Virus record (IMG/VR): IMGVR_UViG_3300042987_004038
Span: 1 to 64,000 of that record
Strand: one strand, 5' to 3'
Length of the DNA stretch: 64,000 nucleotides
Source: a virus
A program made the position numbers and the translations under genes. The notes below the pieces were generated by a model. It saw nothing but the letters and a program-made list of their open reading frames with translations, was not told the DNA's origin and ran no database searches. Shown piece by piece: positions 16,337-23,501 of the stretch; within the stretch, counting starts at the first letter, position 1; every line of letters begins with the position of its first letter.

Positions 16337-16675
16337 ATGAACTTCAGGATGTCGAAGATGGCTGAGGGGATCCTGGTGGTCGAGGTGGAGGACAGGGACA
16401 CCGGGCCCATCGTCGACCGGCTCTCTGACCAGAACCACGGCTATGCGATCCGCGGCATCGAGTCCCCCGTGGCAGTGATCGACGGGCGGATCAGCAAGAA
16501 GAAGTGGTGCACTCCCGACCACCTGCTGGCGATCGAGGCCCACGAGCTGGGTCACATCCTCGCTGACACGGATGACGAGCCCACCGCCGAGCGGAAGGCG
16601 ATTGAGATCCTCGAGGAGCACGGCTTCATCGGCGCCGCACAGATCCTGCGAGAGCGCGGTGTCCTGGTAGAATAG
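16337..16675 (+). CDS. HExxH zincin-like metallopeptidase domain protein
   Basis: AHELGHIL followed by a downstream Glu (EPTAE). Confidence 0.6.
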   Translation: MNFRMSKMAEGILVVEVEDRDTGPIVDRLSDQNHGYAIRGIESPVAVIDGRISKKKWCTPDHLLAIEAHELGHILADTDDEPTAERKAIEILEEHGFIGAAQILRERGVLVE

Positions 16676-16692
16676 GGTCACGGAGAGGAACA

Positions 16693-17136
16693 ATGCTCAA
16701 GATCTTGCTGACCGCCGGTGAGATGAACCAGGTGAAGGCGCTCCTCGACGGAGGCTACCGCAACAAGATCGAGGCGATCAAGGTGGTCCGCGGCGCCTCC
16801 CGTCACCAGACCGCTGACCTCTTCGATCCGTCCAGGATGCGGCCGGGCGTCGGACTGAAGGAGGCGAAGGAGGCGGTCGAGACGCTGATGGCTGACATGG
16901 GCATGAAGCACCCCGACGGGTCCCCTGCCCTCCACCCCGCGAACCCCTCGGGCTGCATCGTCCCCTTCCAGCCGATCAAGAGCATCACCGTCAACATGGG
17001 CGGCGGTGATGTGGTCGTCGACATGGAGGAGATGGCGCTCAAGTTCAGCGAAGGCCTCACCTCCCTGCCCCTCGCCGATGTGAAGCGCCTCTTCGACCTC
17101 TGGCAGAGGATCAAGGACTGGGAGGACGGGAAGTAG
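16693..17136 (+). CDS. Protein with ribosomal L7/L12 C-terminal-domain-like region
   Basis: NKIEAIKVVRGA...VGLKEAKEAVE matches bL12 CTD signature KIxxIKxVR...GLKEAKxxVE. Confidence 0.7.
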   Translation: MLKILLTAGEMNQVKALLDGGYRNKIEAIKVVRGASRHQTADLFDPSRMRPGVGLKEAKEAVETLMADMGMKHPDGSPALHPANPSGCIVPFQPIKSITVNMGGGDVVVDMEEMALKFSEGLTSLPLADVKRLFDLWQRIKDWEDGK

Positions 17137-17187
17137 AGCCCGTGCCTCTCCTGTCACACATGGTAGAATAGGATCATGGAGGACAGA

Positions 17188-17319
17188 ATGGACAACGTCA
17201 TCTCGGGTTTCCACCAGCTCATGAACGTCGATCACATCGCCTGGTCCGATGGTCCCGGCTGGCTCCTCGCCCTTGTGATTGGATGGGTCGTGATGCTCGC
17301 GGTCGCGGCGCGAGCCTGA
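17188..17319 (+). CDS. 43-aa membrane peptide (not in ORF track)
   Basis: ...GPGWLLALVIGWVVMLAVAARA; promoter at 17141. Confidence 0.6.
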   Translation: MDNVISGFHQLMNVDHIAWSDGPGWLLALVIGWVVMLAVAARA

Positions 17320-17350
17320 TACATTAGCCCGCGGGGCGGTAGGATGTGGT

Positions 17351-17662
17351 ATGCTATCGATCGGTGCAATTCTCTGGGGAGTCATTGTCGTCTGGGACAT
17401 GTGGCGGGCGCTGCGGGCAAATGATCCCACCTGGGCCCTCATCCTCCGCGGGTGTTGGTCCCTGTTCACAGTGCTCCTGATCTCTGGGGGCTGGAGCCTC
17501 ACCTTCCTGCTTGCCAATGTTCTGCTGTACTCAGCCACCCTCGTGATGGTGGGTTTGTCGCTCTTGGTGATGCCACCTCCGACAGCCCGCGACATGGCCC
17601 GGGTGGTGATGGAGATCGGACTTGCAATCGCTTTCGCAGCGCTCTGCTGGGCGCTCAGCTAA
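17351..17662 (+). CDS. Multi-pass membrane protein
   Basis: 3-4 hydrophobic segments. Confidence 0.55.
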   Translation: MLSIGAILWGVIVVWDMWRALRANDPTWALILRGCWSLFTVLLISGGWSLTFLLANVLLYSATLVMVGLSLLVMPPPTARDMARVVMEIGLAIAFAALCWALS

Positions 17663-17672
17663 GGAGGAGAAG

Positions 17673-17888
17673 ATGGTCGGTGAAGTTGTAACTCTCAAGC
17701 AGAAGTATGTCACCCGCTTCGGCACCGAGTGGCCCAAGGGGACAGAGCTGGAGGTTGAACAGAAAGTGAGGCAGGGATGGCAGATCGGCTACAAGACCCG
17801 GGACGGCCGGGTGGGAACACAGAGCATCCTGAAGGAGGAGCTCCCGCCCGAGGTAGCGAAGATGCTCGAATCACATGGCAAGCTGTAG
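17673..17888 (+). CDS. Small SH3-like protein
   Basis: RBS AAGGAGG; MVGEVVTLK...KGTELEV. Confidence 0.6.
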   Translation: MVGEVVTLKQKYVTRFGTEWPKGTELEVEQKVRQGWQIGYKTRDGRVGTQSILKEELPPEVAKMLESHGKL

Positions 17889-18005
17889 CGGTCTGGCTGC
17901 TTGACACGGCAGTGAAGGCGGGAGCGATCCTGTTCTGGAACACAGTGATCACGGTGCTTCTACGATACTTCGATATGTGATATGTACAGACATCGAGGAG
18001 ATCGA

Positions 18006-18389
18006 ATGAGAATCACAGCATCGCAGTTGAGAAAGATCATCAAGGAAGAGCTGAGTAGAGCGGTGAATGAAGGCTACCGTGCTTTTACACCAGTTGAGAG
18101 TCTGGTTGATTATTTTTTCAGGTATCCCATGTTTGTGGAGCGTCTTGGTCTTCGCCCTCACGATTACAGAGATCCCGACCTTGGCAGTCGCATCGCCGCG
18201 TGGATGAAGAGTAGCGATGAGTTCTTAGGTTATGAGCCCGAGGAATACGATGAGGCTGCGATGGAGATCGCCCTCCGGCTCGGTGATCAGTTCCGCGGTA
18301 GCGAAGAGGGAAGGGCGGCATTCAAGCGCATGAAGAGCCACTACGAGCGTGACATCGAGGATCCATACGGTCCTGAGTCAGACTACTAA
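18006..18389 (+). CDS. MRIT-leader family protein
   Basis: MRITASQLRKIIKEELSRAVNE; acidic body. Confidence 0.75.
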   Translation: MRITASQLRKIIKEELSRAVNEGYRAFTPVESLVDYFFRYPMFVERLGLRPHDYRDPDLGSRIAAWMKSSDEFLGYEPEEYDEAAMEIALRLGDQFRGSEEGRAAFKRMKSHYERDIEDPYGPESDY

Positions 18390-18524
18390 TCCTATCACTA
18401 GGGCGCCACGGACCGCAGGAGATGCGATCTGGCGGCGCCCGATGTGCATCACGGGGTTGGGATCCCGATGCAAGGGGCGCGATCTGGCGCTGACCTGGGC
18501 CATAGATAGAAGGGGAGGCACAAG

Positions 18525-18773
18525 ATGGCGATTGAGACAGGGACGGCGGTGAGAACAGCATCACCCGACAAATGGAAGACATGGGGCTGGATAAACATGA
18601 ACGGAGAGATCCGTCGCGCGTTGCTAGAGCCAGACAGGATCTACACTGTGACAATCGCTTCTTCTCGATTCAAGAAGGCTGATGGAACTTACCAGTCTGT
18701 GACCAAGATGACCTGTCCGGTGACAGGTGTCGAGCTAATGGCTGAGAGATCTACGATCGTCGAGGATATGTAG
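18525..18773 (+). CDS. Hypothetical protein
   Basis: RBS GGGGAGG. Confidence 0.6.
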   Translation: MAIETGTAVRTASPDKWKTWGWINMNGEIRRALLEPDRIYTVTIASSRFKKADGTYQSVTKMTCPVTGVELMAERSTIVEDM

Positions 18774-18791
18774 CCAGAAAGGAGATAGACC

Positions 18792-19376
18792 ATGAGAATC
18801 ACCGAGAGCCAGCTTCGCCGCATTGTCCGCGAGGAGCTAAATGAGATGCGGAAGTCTGGCATCACGCTTCGCGTCAACCCAGAGACAGGCGAGTACGAGG
18901 AATCAGGGCTGGAGGATTTCCCAGGCGCCGGAGCGGAGCGAGCCCGCTACCAGAAAGCATCCCAGCATATGTTCAGGCGACCCAAGATCACTGACCCTGA
19001 CCTGGGCGACAAGTTCGAAAGGATGATGGCGAGCCTCGACCTAGATGAGCCAGGGGAATACCTGCCATCGATGTTCACAGGCACTGCGGCTGACAATGTC
19101 GCTCGGTTCAATGACGAGATCTCCAGCAAGCTTCCCATGAAGGGAAGCATGTTTAAGCCTGCCAGGGGCTCAGTCAAAACTGATGACTTTGTTGGAACAT
19201 ATGAGATCAAACGAGTTCCGGGCGAGCCTGAATTGTTCGAGGCTAGCGTGATGAGAGGCGAAGATCCTGACACTGAAGCTGGTGTCGCCTCCGCTGATAC
19301 ACCCTACGAAGCCGTTATGAATGCCGTCGAGAATGCGAGCTACGGTCGCGGATCACCCTTCTACGGTAGCTTCTAA
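18792..19376 (+). CDS. MRIT-leader family protein
   Basis: MRITESQLRRIVREELNE. Confidence 0.75.
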   Translation: MRITESQLRRIVREELNEMRKSGITLRVNPETGEYEESGLEDFPGAGAERARYQKASQHMFRRPKITDPDLGDKFERMMASLDLDEPGEYLPSMFTGTAADNVARFNDEISSKLPMKGSMFKPARGSVKTDDFVGTYEIKRVPGEPELFEASVMRGEDPDTEAGVASADTPYEAVMNAVENASYGRGSPFYGSF

Positions 19377-19384
19377 CTCCACCT

Positions 19385-19408
19385 CGGGCCCCGTCACTGG
19401 GGCCCGAT
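19385..19408 (+). terminator. GC hairpin after 18792..19376
   Basis: TCGGGCCCC-GTCACT-GGGGCCCGA. Confidence 0.5.
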
Positions 19409-19464
19409 CTGTGTTCGTGCGCTGACACCTCCAGATGGTATGATGGTGAGGTAAGGAGGAAAGA

Positions 19465-19584
19465 ATGACCACCGACACCGCCATCTGGGGCACCGTCTCG
19501 ATCGCCGGCTCTCTCTTCATCGCCAATGTCGCAGCCCTCGTCTACCTCTCCGGGATCTGCCCGCTGATCAGCTGCCTCAACTGA
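19465..19584 (+). CDS. 39-aa membrane peptide (not in ORF track)
   Basis: MTTDTAIWGTVSIAGSLFIANVAALVYLSGICPLISCLN; promoter at 19416. Confidence 0.6.
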   Translation: MTTDTAIWGTVSIAGSLFIANVAALVYLSGICPLISCLN

Positions 19585-19641
19585 GGCCCGTGCGATCGTC
19601 GGCTGACATGGTAGAATAACCTCACAACCAAGGAAGACAAC

Positions 19642-19905
19642 ATGGCCGCCACCGAAGAGCAGATCGATCTCCACTCCTTCCACTCCGACGTCTACAAGGA
19701 GGTCTACAACATCCGGCCCCGCTGGCTCCGCCCGGAGGACCGGACGGTCGAGGAGTGGCGGTGGATGATCAGCCTCATGATCGAAGAGGGGCAGGAGATG
19801 GCCCGCCGCGAGGCTGAGCACGAGGCTGCTCACCGGGCCTGGGTGGCTGAGGTCACCGATCCCAGCCCGCTGCGGGTCCCGCTGGCCGCCTTCATGGTGG
19901 GCTGA
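19642..19905 (+). CDS. Small phage protein (SDxYKxxxxxRPR type)
   Basis: HSDVYKEVYNIRPRW; promoter at 19589. Confidence 0.7.
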   Translation: MAATEEQIDLHSFHSDVYKEVYNIRPRWLRPEDRTVEEWRWMISLMIEEGQEMARREAEHEAAHRAWVAEVTDPSPLRVPLAAFMVG

Positions 19906-19973
19906 GACCCGTGCGCCTCGGGCGCTGAATGGTATGATGGTGAGGCAAGGAACCACAGACCAAGGAGCTCAAC

Positions 19974-20297
19974 ATGGCCGCTGCAAACCTCCGCTGGACC
20001 TTCAAGATCACCTCCGTCACGACCTCGCCCCTGGGCACCACCGCGGTCTCCGGCATCGCCCGCGGCCCCGAAGGCCAGGAGCACCGCTTCGTGGCCACCG
20101 ACCGCATGGACCCCCGCTACCCGACCCGGTTCAAGGTGAACTGGAACGGGCTCCTCCCCCGGATGCCGAAGCCCGTCGGCCACGGTGTCCCCGAGGCCAC
20201 CCTGTCCGTGACCGAGGGGCACGACCCGGAGCTGCTGATCGGCCGCGGCGGTCGGGTGGCGATCGCCCGGATGTGCAAGGAGCTGGTCCACGGCTAG
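19974..20297 (+). CDS. ANLRW-family paralog 2
   Basis: Paralog of 8362..8694 with a similar 5' leader. Confidence 0.8.
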   Translation: MAAANLRWTFKITSVTTSPLGTTAVSGIARGPEGQEHRFVATDRMDPRYPTRFKVNWNGLLPRMPKPVGHGVPEATLSVTEGHDPELLIGRGGRVAIARMCKELVHG

Positions 20298-20760
20298 GGG
20301 CTGGGCAGGGGGCACTGCCGCCCTGCTTCTGCAGTACAGCTGCCCACCCTGCTGCCCCGGGCTGGGCAGGGCTGTATTGGAAGCATCGGTGCCCCCAGAG
20401 GGCAGGGGGCGCCCTAGCCCCACCCCAGGAGGGGGGCTGGAGGGGGCGCCCGGGGTGCCCGCCCTGGGGTCCCAAGCCCACCGGGGCCCCCTGCAGGGCG
20501 GCAGGGCCGCCCAAGGCTCCGCCGACCGCCCGGAAATTTTCCGACCTAACCAAGTCCCTGCCAGTTCCCGGATCGCTGAATTTTCCCCCTTCCCGCGATC
20601 TCCCGAAAATTTCCCGGGAAAATTTGACCCGAAGGGCCCCTCGCCCACGTCGCCTGCCGAGGGCTCTCGCGCGAGCTCAAAAATCTGGACCGAGAGAATT
20701 TTGGGAATCGAAAGTGGGCCCAAAAATTTCCCGGGAAAAATAGGTCACTTTTTGAGCTTT
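20298..20760. other. Non-coding compositional junction (candidate genome terminus, packaging site or origin)
   Basis: G/C runs (GGGCTGGGCAGGG twice), then A/T tracts and near-palindrome AAAATTTCCCGGGAAAA at 20606 and 20723. Confidence 0.5.
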
Positions 20761-20787
20761 GATATGTAGTAGTACTGGAACTAGATC

Positions 20788-21780
20788 ATGAGACTAACAG
20801 AGTCAGAGATTCGTCAGTTAATTCGTGAGGGACTTTTCGGGAGCGATACACCTGATCAGGAAGATGTCAAGCGCAAGATTCGAAAGTCATTGCCCGCGAG
20901 TGTGGTTGACAAGATGGAATCAAACATCCAGCGGATCAAGCTAGGAAATCACCTCCGGTTCTATAGATGGTTCAAAGACGAGTTTGGCGCGCTTGCTGAT
21001 ACTCGATTTCAGATTGATCCCAGTCTTCTAGGCACCCTAGCGGGTGGCGTCGCCAAGGACTATGTTCTCATTGGAAAAAAGCCCGATCCCGAGGATGCAG
21101 GAGTTGTGAAGGAGCTAATTGATGCCGCAGCAGCGGCACCCGATGTGACAGGAATCAGCTGGTTCATGGGCACTTGCTATCGCGGCATGGTGATGCCCGC
21201 TCTGAGATTCATCAAAGGAGTGGATGCGTCAGCATTCGAGGAAAGCAAGGAGGAGCCTGGTTGGTTCTCCGACCCAATTGGTAGATTTCGGGGCGAGACA
21301 ACCTTATATCCCATGGTATCAAACTACTACGATTTTGCGAAGAGAAAGCAGCAGGACTTCTTCGTCTCATTTAGCACGAAGCGGAGCACTGCACGTAGCT
21401 TCACCGAGGAAGATCACGCTTATGGCTTTTGGGCTCGGGCCGCAGCAGAGTCGGGCCGAGAAAACGTTGAGGTCGTGAACCCGTTGTTTGAGTGCCGGCC
21501 CCTTAGCGCAGGCGCTGTATTGGATCCTCGTGTTCGGGCTAAGACGATCGACCGAGAGATGAATGAGGGCCTCAATGAGGTTCTTGGCTGTCCTTACATC
21601 GACAAGAACATTCAGATTGATCGGATATTCATTCCCTATGAGAGCCTTGAGAAATCGATCGAGAAATTTGGGCGCGGGAAGCTAAAGTCTTACAGGGAAA
21701 AGCTCGACGAGAGACGCATTCGAACATACATAGTGGGTGAAGATCTCGTAATTGATCGAAGAGATTTTATAAATAAGTAG
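20788..21780 (+). CDS. MRIT-leader protein with putative ADP-ribosyltransferase domain
   Basis: MRLTESEIRQLIRE leader; CYRGM, FVSFSTKRSTARSF and NEVL in R-S-E order. Confidence 0.6.
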   Translation: MRLTESEIRQLIREGLFGSDTPDQEDVKRKIRKSLPASVVDKMESNIQRIKLGNHLRFYRWFKDEFGALADTRFQIDPSLLGTLAGGVAKDYVLIGKKPDPEDAGVVKELIDAAAAAPDVTGISWFMGTCYRGMVMPALRFIKGVDASAFEESKEEPGWFSDPIGRFRGETTLYPMVSNYYDFAKRKQQDFFVSFSTKRSTARSFTEEDHAYGFWARAAAESGRENVEVVNPLFECRPLSAGAVLDPRVRAKTIDREMNEGLNEVLGCPYIDKNIQIDRIFIPYESLEKSIEKFGRGKLKSYREKLDERRIRTYIVGEDLVIDRRDFINK

Positions 21781-21798
21781 GAATATCGAGGAATTCAC

Positions 21799-22383
21799 AT
21801 GAGAATCACACACAGCCAGCTGAGAAGGATCATCAAGGAGGAGGTCTTTCGAGGGCTTCGTGAGATGTCAATGCATGGTGAAGAAAAATCTTCTGGTGGC
21901 GACATTGTTACCATGATCGCTGATGAGCTTAGGTCTGATCTTGAGATGGACCCGGATCTAATGATGTCAGCCCAGATAGCCCTCGAGATGTTCACAGATC
22001 CCGATGCTTATGAGGAGCGCTCAAGACAAGAGAGGCGTCAAGCCTCCTTCTTTGTCGATGATTACATTGGATCAAGACTTTCTAACTACGAAATATTCGA
22101 AGAATCTGAGATTGCCAAGTATGTTCCCAAGATACTAGGTCATGTTCTAGGTGCTCCTGTCGGGAGTGGGCACAGCCAGGATGAGATCGAGGATCGTGCA
22201 AGAGAGTTTGTGAACGATCTAGATGCCTGGGAGCTAGAGAGCGACATCATGAGTGATATGGCGGGAGGCGCTCCTGTCCCGCGGCACCTGGCATCGCGCT
22301 GGGGTGACTGGTCTCCTGAAGAGATTCAGGCAGTCATTGATCTTGTTATGGACATGAGTACAGGTCGTAGAAGGCGCATGTAG
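21799..22383 (+). CDS. MRIT-leader family acidic protein
   Basis: MRITHSQLRRIIKEEVFRGLRE. Confidence 0.75.
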   Translation: MRITHSQLRRIIKEEVFRGLREMSMHGEEKSSGGDIVTMIADELRSDLEMDPDLMMSAQIALEMFTDPDAYEERSRQERRQASFFVDDYIGSRLSNYEIFEESEIAKYVPKILGHVLGAPVGSGHSQDEIEDRAREFVNDLDAWELESDIMSDMAGGAPVPRHLASRWGDWSPEEIQAVIDLVMDMSTGRRRRM

Positions 22384-22407
22384 CTGTTGTTCTCCATGCA
22401 TAGATCC

Positions 22408-23001
22408 ATGCAGATCCTTCGCCAGCTGATCCGTGAGCAAATCGAGTCGTGGAGCGCGGCGTCCGGCGCGGCGATCGCGTTCTTCTCGCCCTTTCCTGAT
22501 TACATCGTCTTTGTCGCGTATGATGTCCAGTCTCTGAACGGCGCCCTCTTCGGTGATATTGAGAAGCCCACTGTCTATTCGACCCTGTATCTCTATTCCG
22601 ATCCTTTTGAGCATTGCAACGGTGCTTTCCAGGTTTCTCGCGCCGACTCAAGTGTGCCTCGTGCTGGCTGGGGCTCTGATGTGCATCTCGCCGCAATTGG
22701 TACTTTGGGGACCGTCATGCCTGATCGGCACTCAAACACAGTCGCGAGCACACGAACCTGGTTGTCTCTCATCCGGCGCAATCTGATTGTGGGTGAGCCA
22801 CTGCCAGATGTGTGCCTGGGCGATGAGATCGACGGGGTTCGTGGATATGAGGAGCCGGCGCTGAACATGTCATATAGCCTCGCTGGTTCTCTTCCTGCAC
22901 ACGTGATGGAGATGCTGGAGCTCGGCCAGGCACATCGAAAAAAGATTGAGGAATCTGAGCTTCTTGAGCTCGCGCAGGATCTTCTGGTTGGTCGCGTGTG
23001 A
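22408..23001 (+). CDS. Leader-family protein, possible GNAT-like fold
   Basis: MQILRQLIREQIE; RAGWGSDVH...VMPDR...STRTW. Confidence 0.55.
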   Translation: MQILRQLIREQIESWSAASGAAIAFFSPFPDYIVFVAYDVQSLNGALFGDIEKPTVYSTLYLYSDPFEHCNGAFQVSRADSSVPRAGWGSDVHLAAIGTLGTVMPDRHSNTVASTRTWLSLIRRNLIVGEPLPDVCLGDEIDGVRGYEEPALNMSYSLAGSLPAHVMEMLELGQAHRKKIEESELLELAQDLLVGRV

Positions 23002-23061
23002 CCTGCTTAATGAATCAGAGAATCAAGATATGTAGACCTATCCACATTGGAGAGATTTAAG

Positions 23062-23490
23062 ATGAACAGGCTTACACAAGGAAGGCTTCGTCAGATTATC
23101 AAAGAAGAAGTAAATTTTGCATTACGAGAAGTCGAAGATGAGGATCCTCCTCTTGGCGATCTTGTGATCAAACGAGCGGATCTAAATGTCGAATACAATG
23201 ACGCCGAAACAAGCTCACAAGAGGCAAACATTGAAGTCAATTTTACTTGGATGGACTCACCGGGAGAGGCAGTAGTCTTGATTACTTCTTTTACAGTAAA
23301 TTCAAGATATGTTGTTGAGAGAATAGCAGAAGAGATCAATTACTCCATTAATTACATGGAAGATACTGAAAATAAAGATTTTGTTAGTGCTCAAGACGTA
23401 AAGATGGCAATGGGGAGGAAGCTTGCTCAATTAATGAATGAGATTGAGCAGCTACAGGAAGAATACGAACAGCAAGCTCGTTATTTATAG
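23062..23490 (+). CDS. MRIT-leader family acidic protein
   Basis: MNRLTQGRLRQIIKEEVNFALRE. Confidence 0.7.
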   Translation: MNRLTQGRLRQIIKEEVNFALREVEDEDPPLGDLVIKRADLNVEYNDAETSSQEANIEVNFTWMDSPGEAVVLITSFTVNSRYVVERIAEEINYSINYMEDTENKDFVSAQDVKMAMGRKLAQLMNEIEQLQEEYEQQARYL

Positions 23491-23501
23491 TCCAGGATGT
23501 T

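Larger units (their letters stand above)
446..19938 (+). promoter_or_regulatory. Array of 38 conserved promoter-like elements, (CC)CGTGCG-N17-TA(G/C/T)(A/G)AT with extended TGn, each followed by an AAGGAG(G)-type RBS and a small gene
   Basis: CGTGCN-type box starts at 446, 1414, 1829, 2946, 3532, 3994, 4217, 4522, 4923, 5313, 5598, 5905, 6383, 6921, 7255, 7501, 8043, 8298, 8964, 9174, 10563, 11263, 11503, 11780, 11946, 12294, 12639, 12882, 13356, 13756, 14021, 14409, 14608, 16645, 17141, 19416, 19589, 19910. Spacer is 17 nt except 18 nt at 2946 and 3532; 446 (CGTGTG) and 16645 (CCTGCG) are variants. Confidence 0.9.
17979..23035 (+). promoter_or_regulatory. GATATGTA(G) motif upstream of leader-family genes (candidate late promoter)
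   Basis: GATATGTAC at 17979; GATATGTAG at 18765, 20761, 23027; the first three lie 27 nt before the ATG and the last 35 nt; AATATGTAG at 24734. Confidence 0.6.

Noticed and set aside
446-19938. CRISPR array or classical integron interpretation of the repeated motif
   Set aside because: Units are irregularly spaced, separated by whole genes, and conserved only at two boxes 17 nt apart. No attC-like RYYYAAC/GTTRRRY inverted cores, integrase or cas operon were seen.
115-20723. Many long minus-strand and alternative-frame ORFs in the GC-rich region (e.g. 1594..2700, 5629..6762, 6831..7892, 19830..20723, 19934..20743)
   Set aside because: Shadow ORFs expected at high GC. They lack RBS or promoter and overlap + strand genes that fit the cassette pattern.
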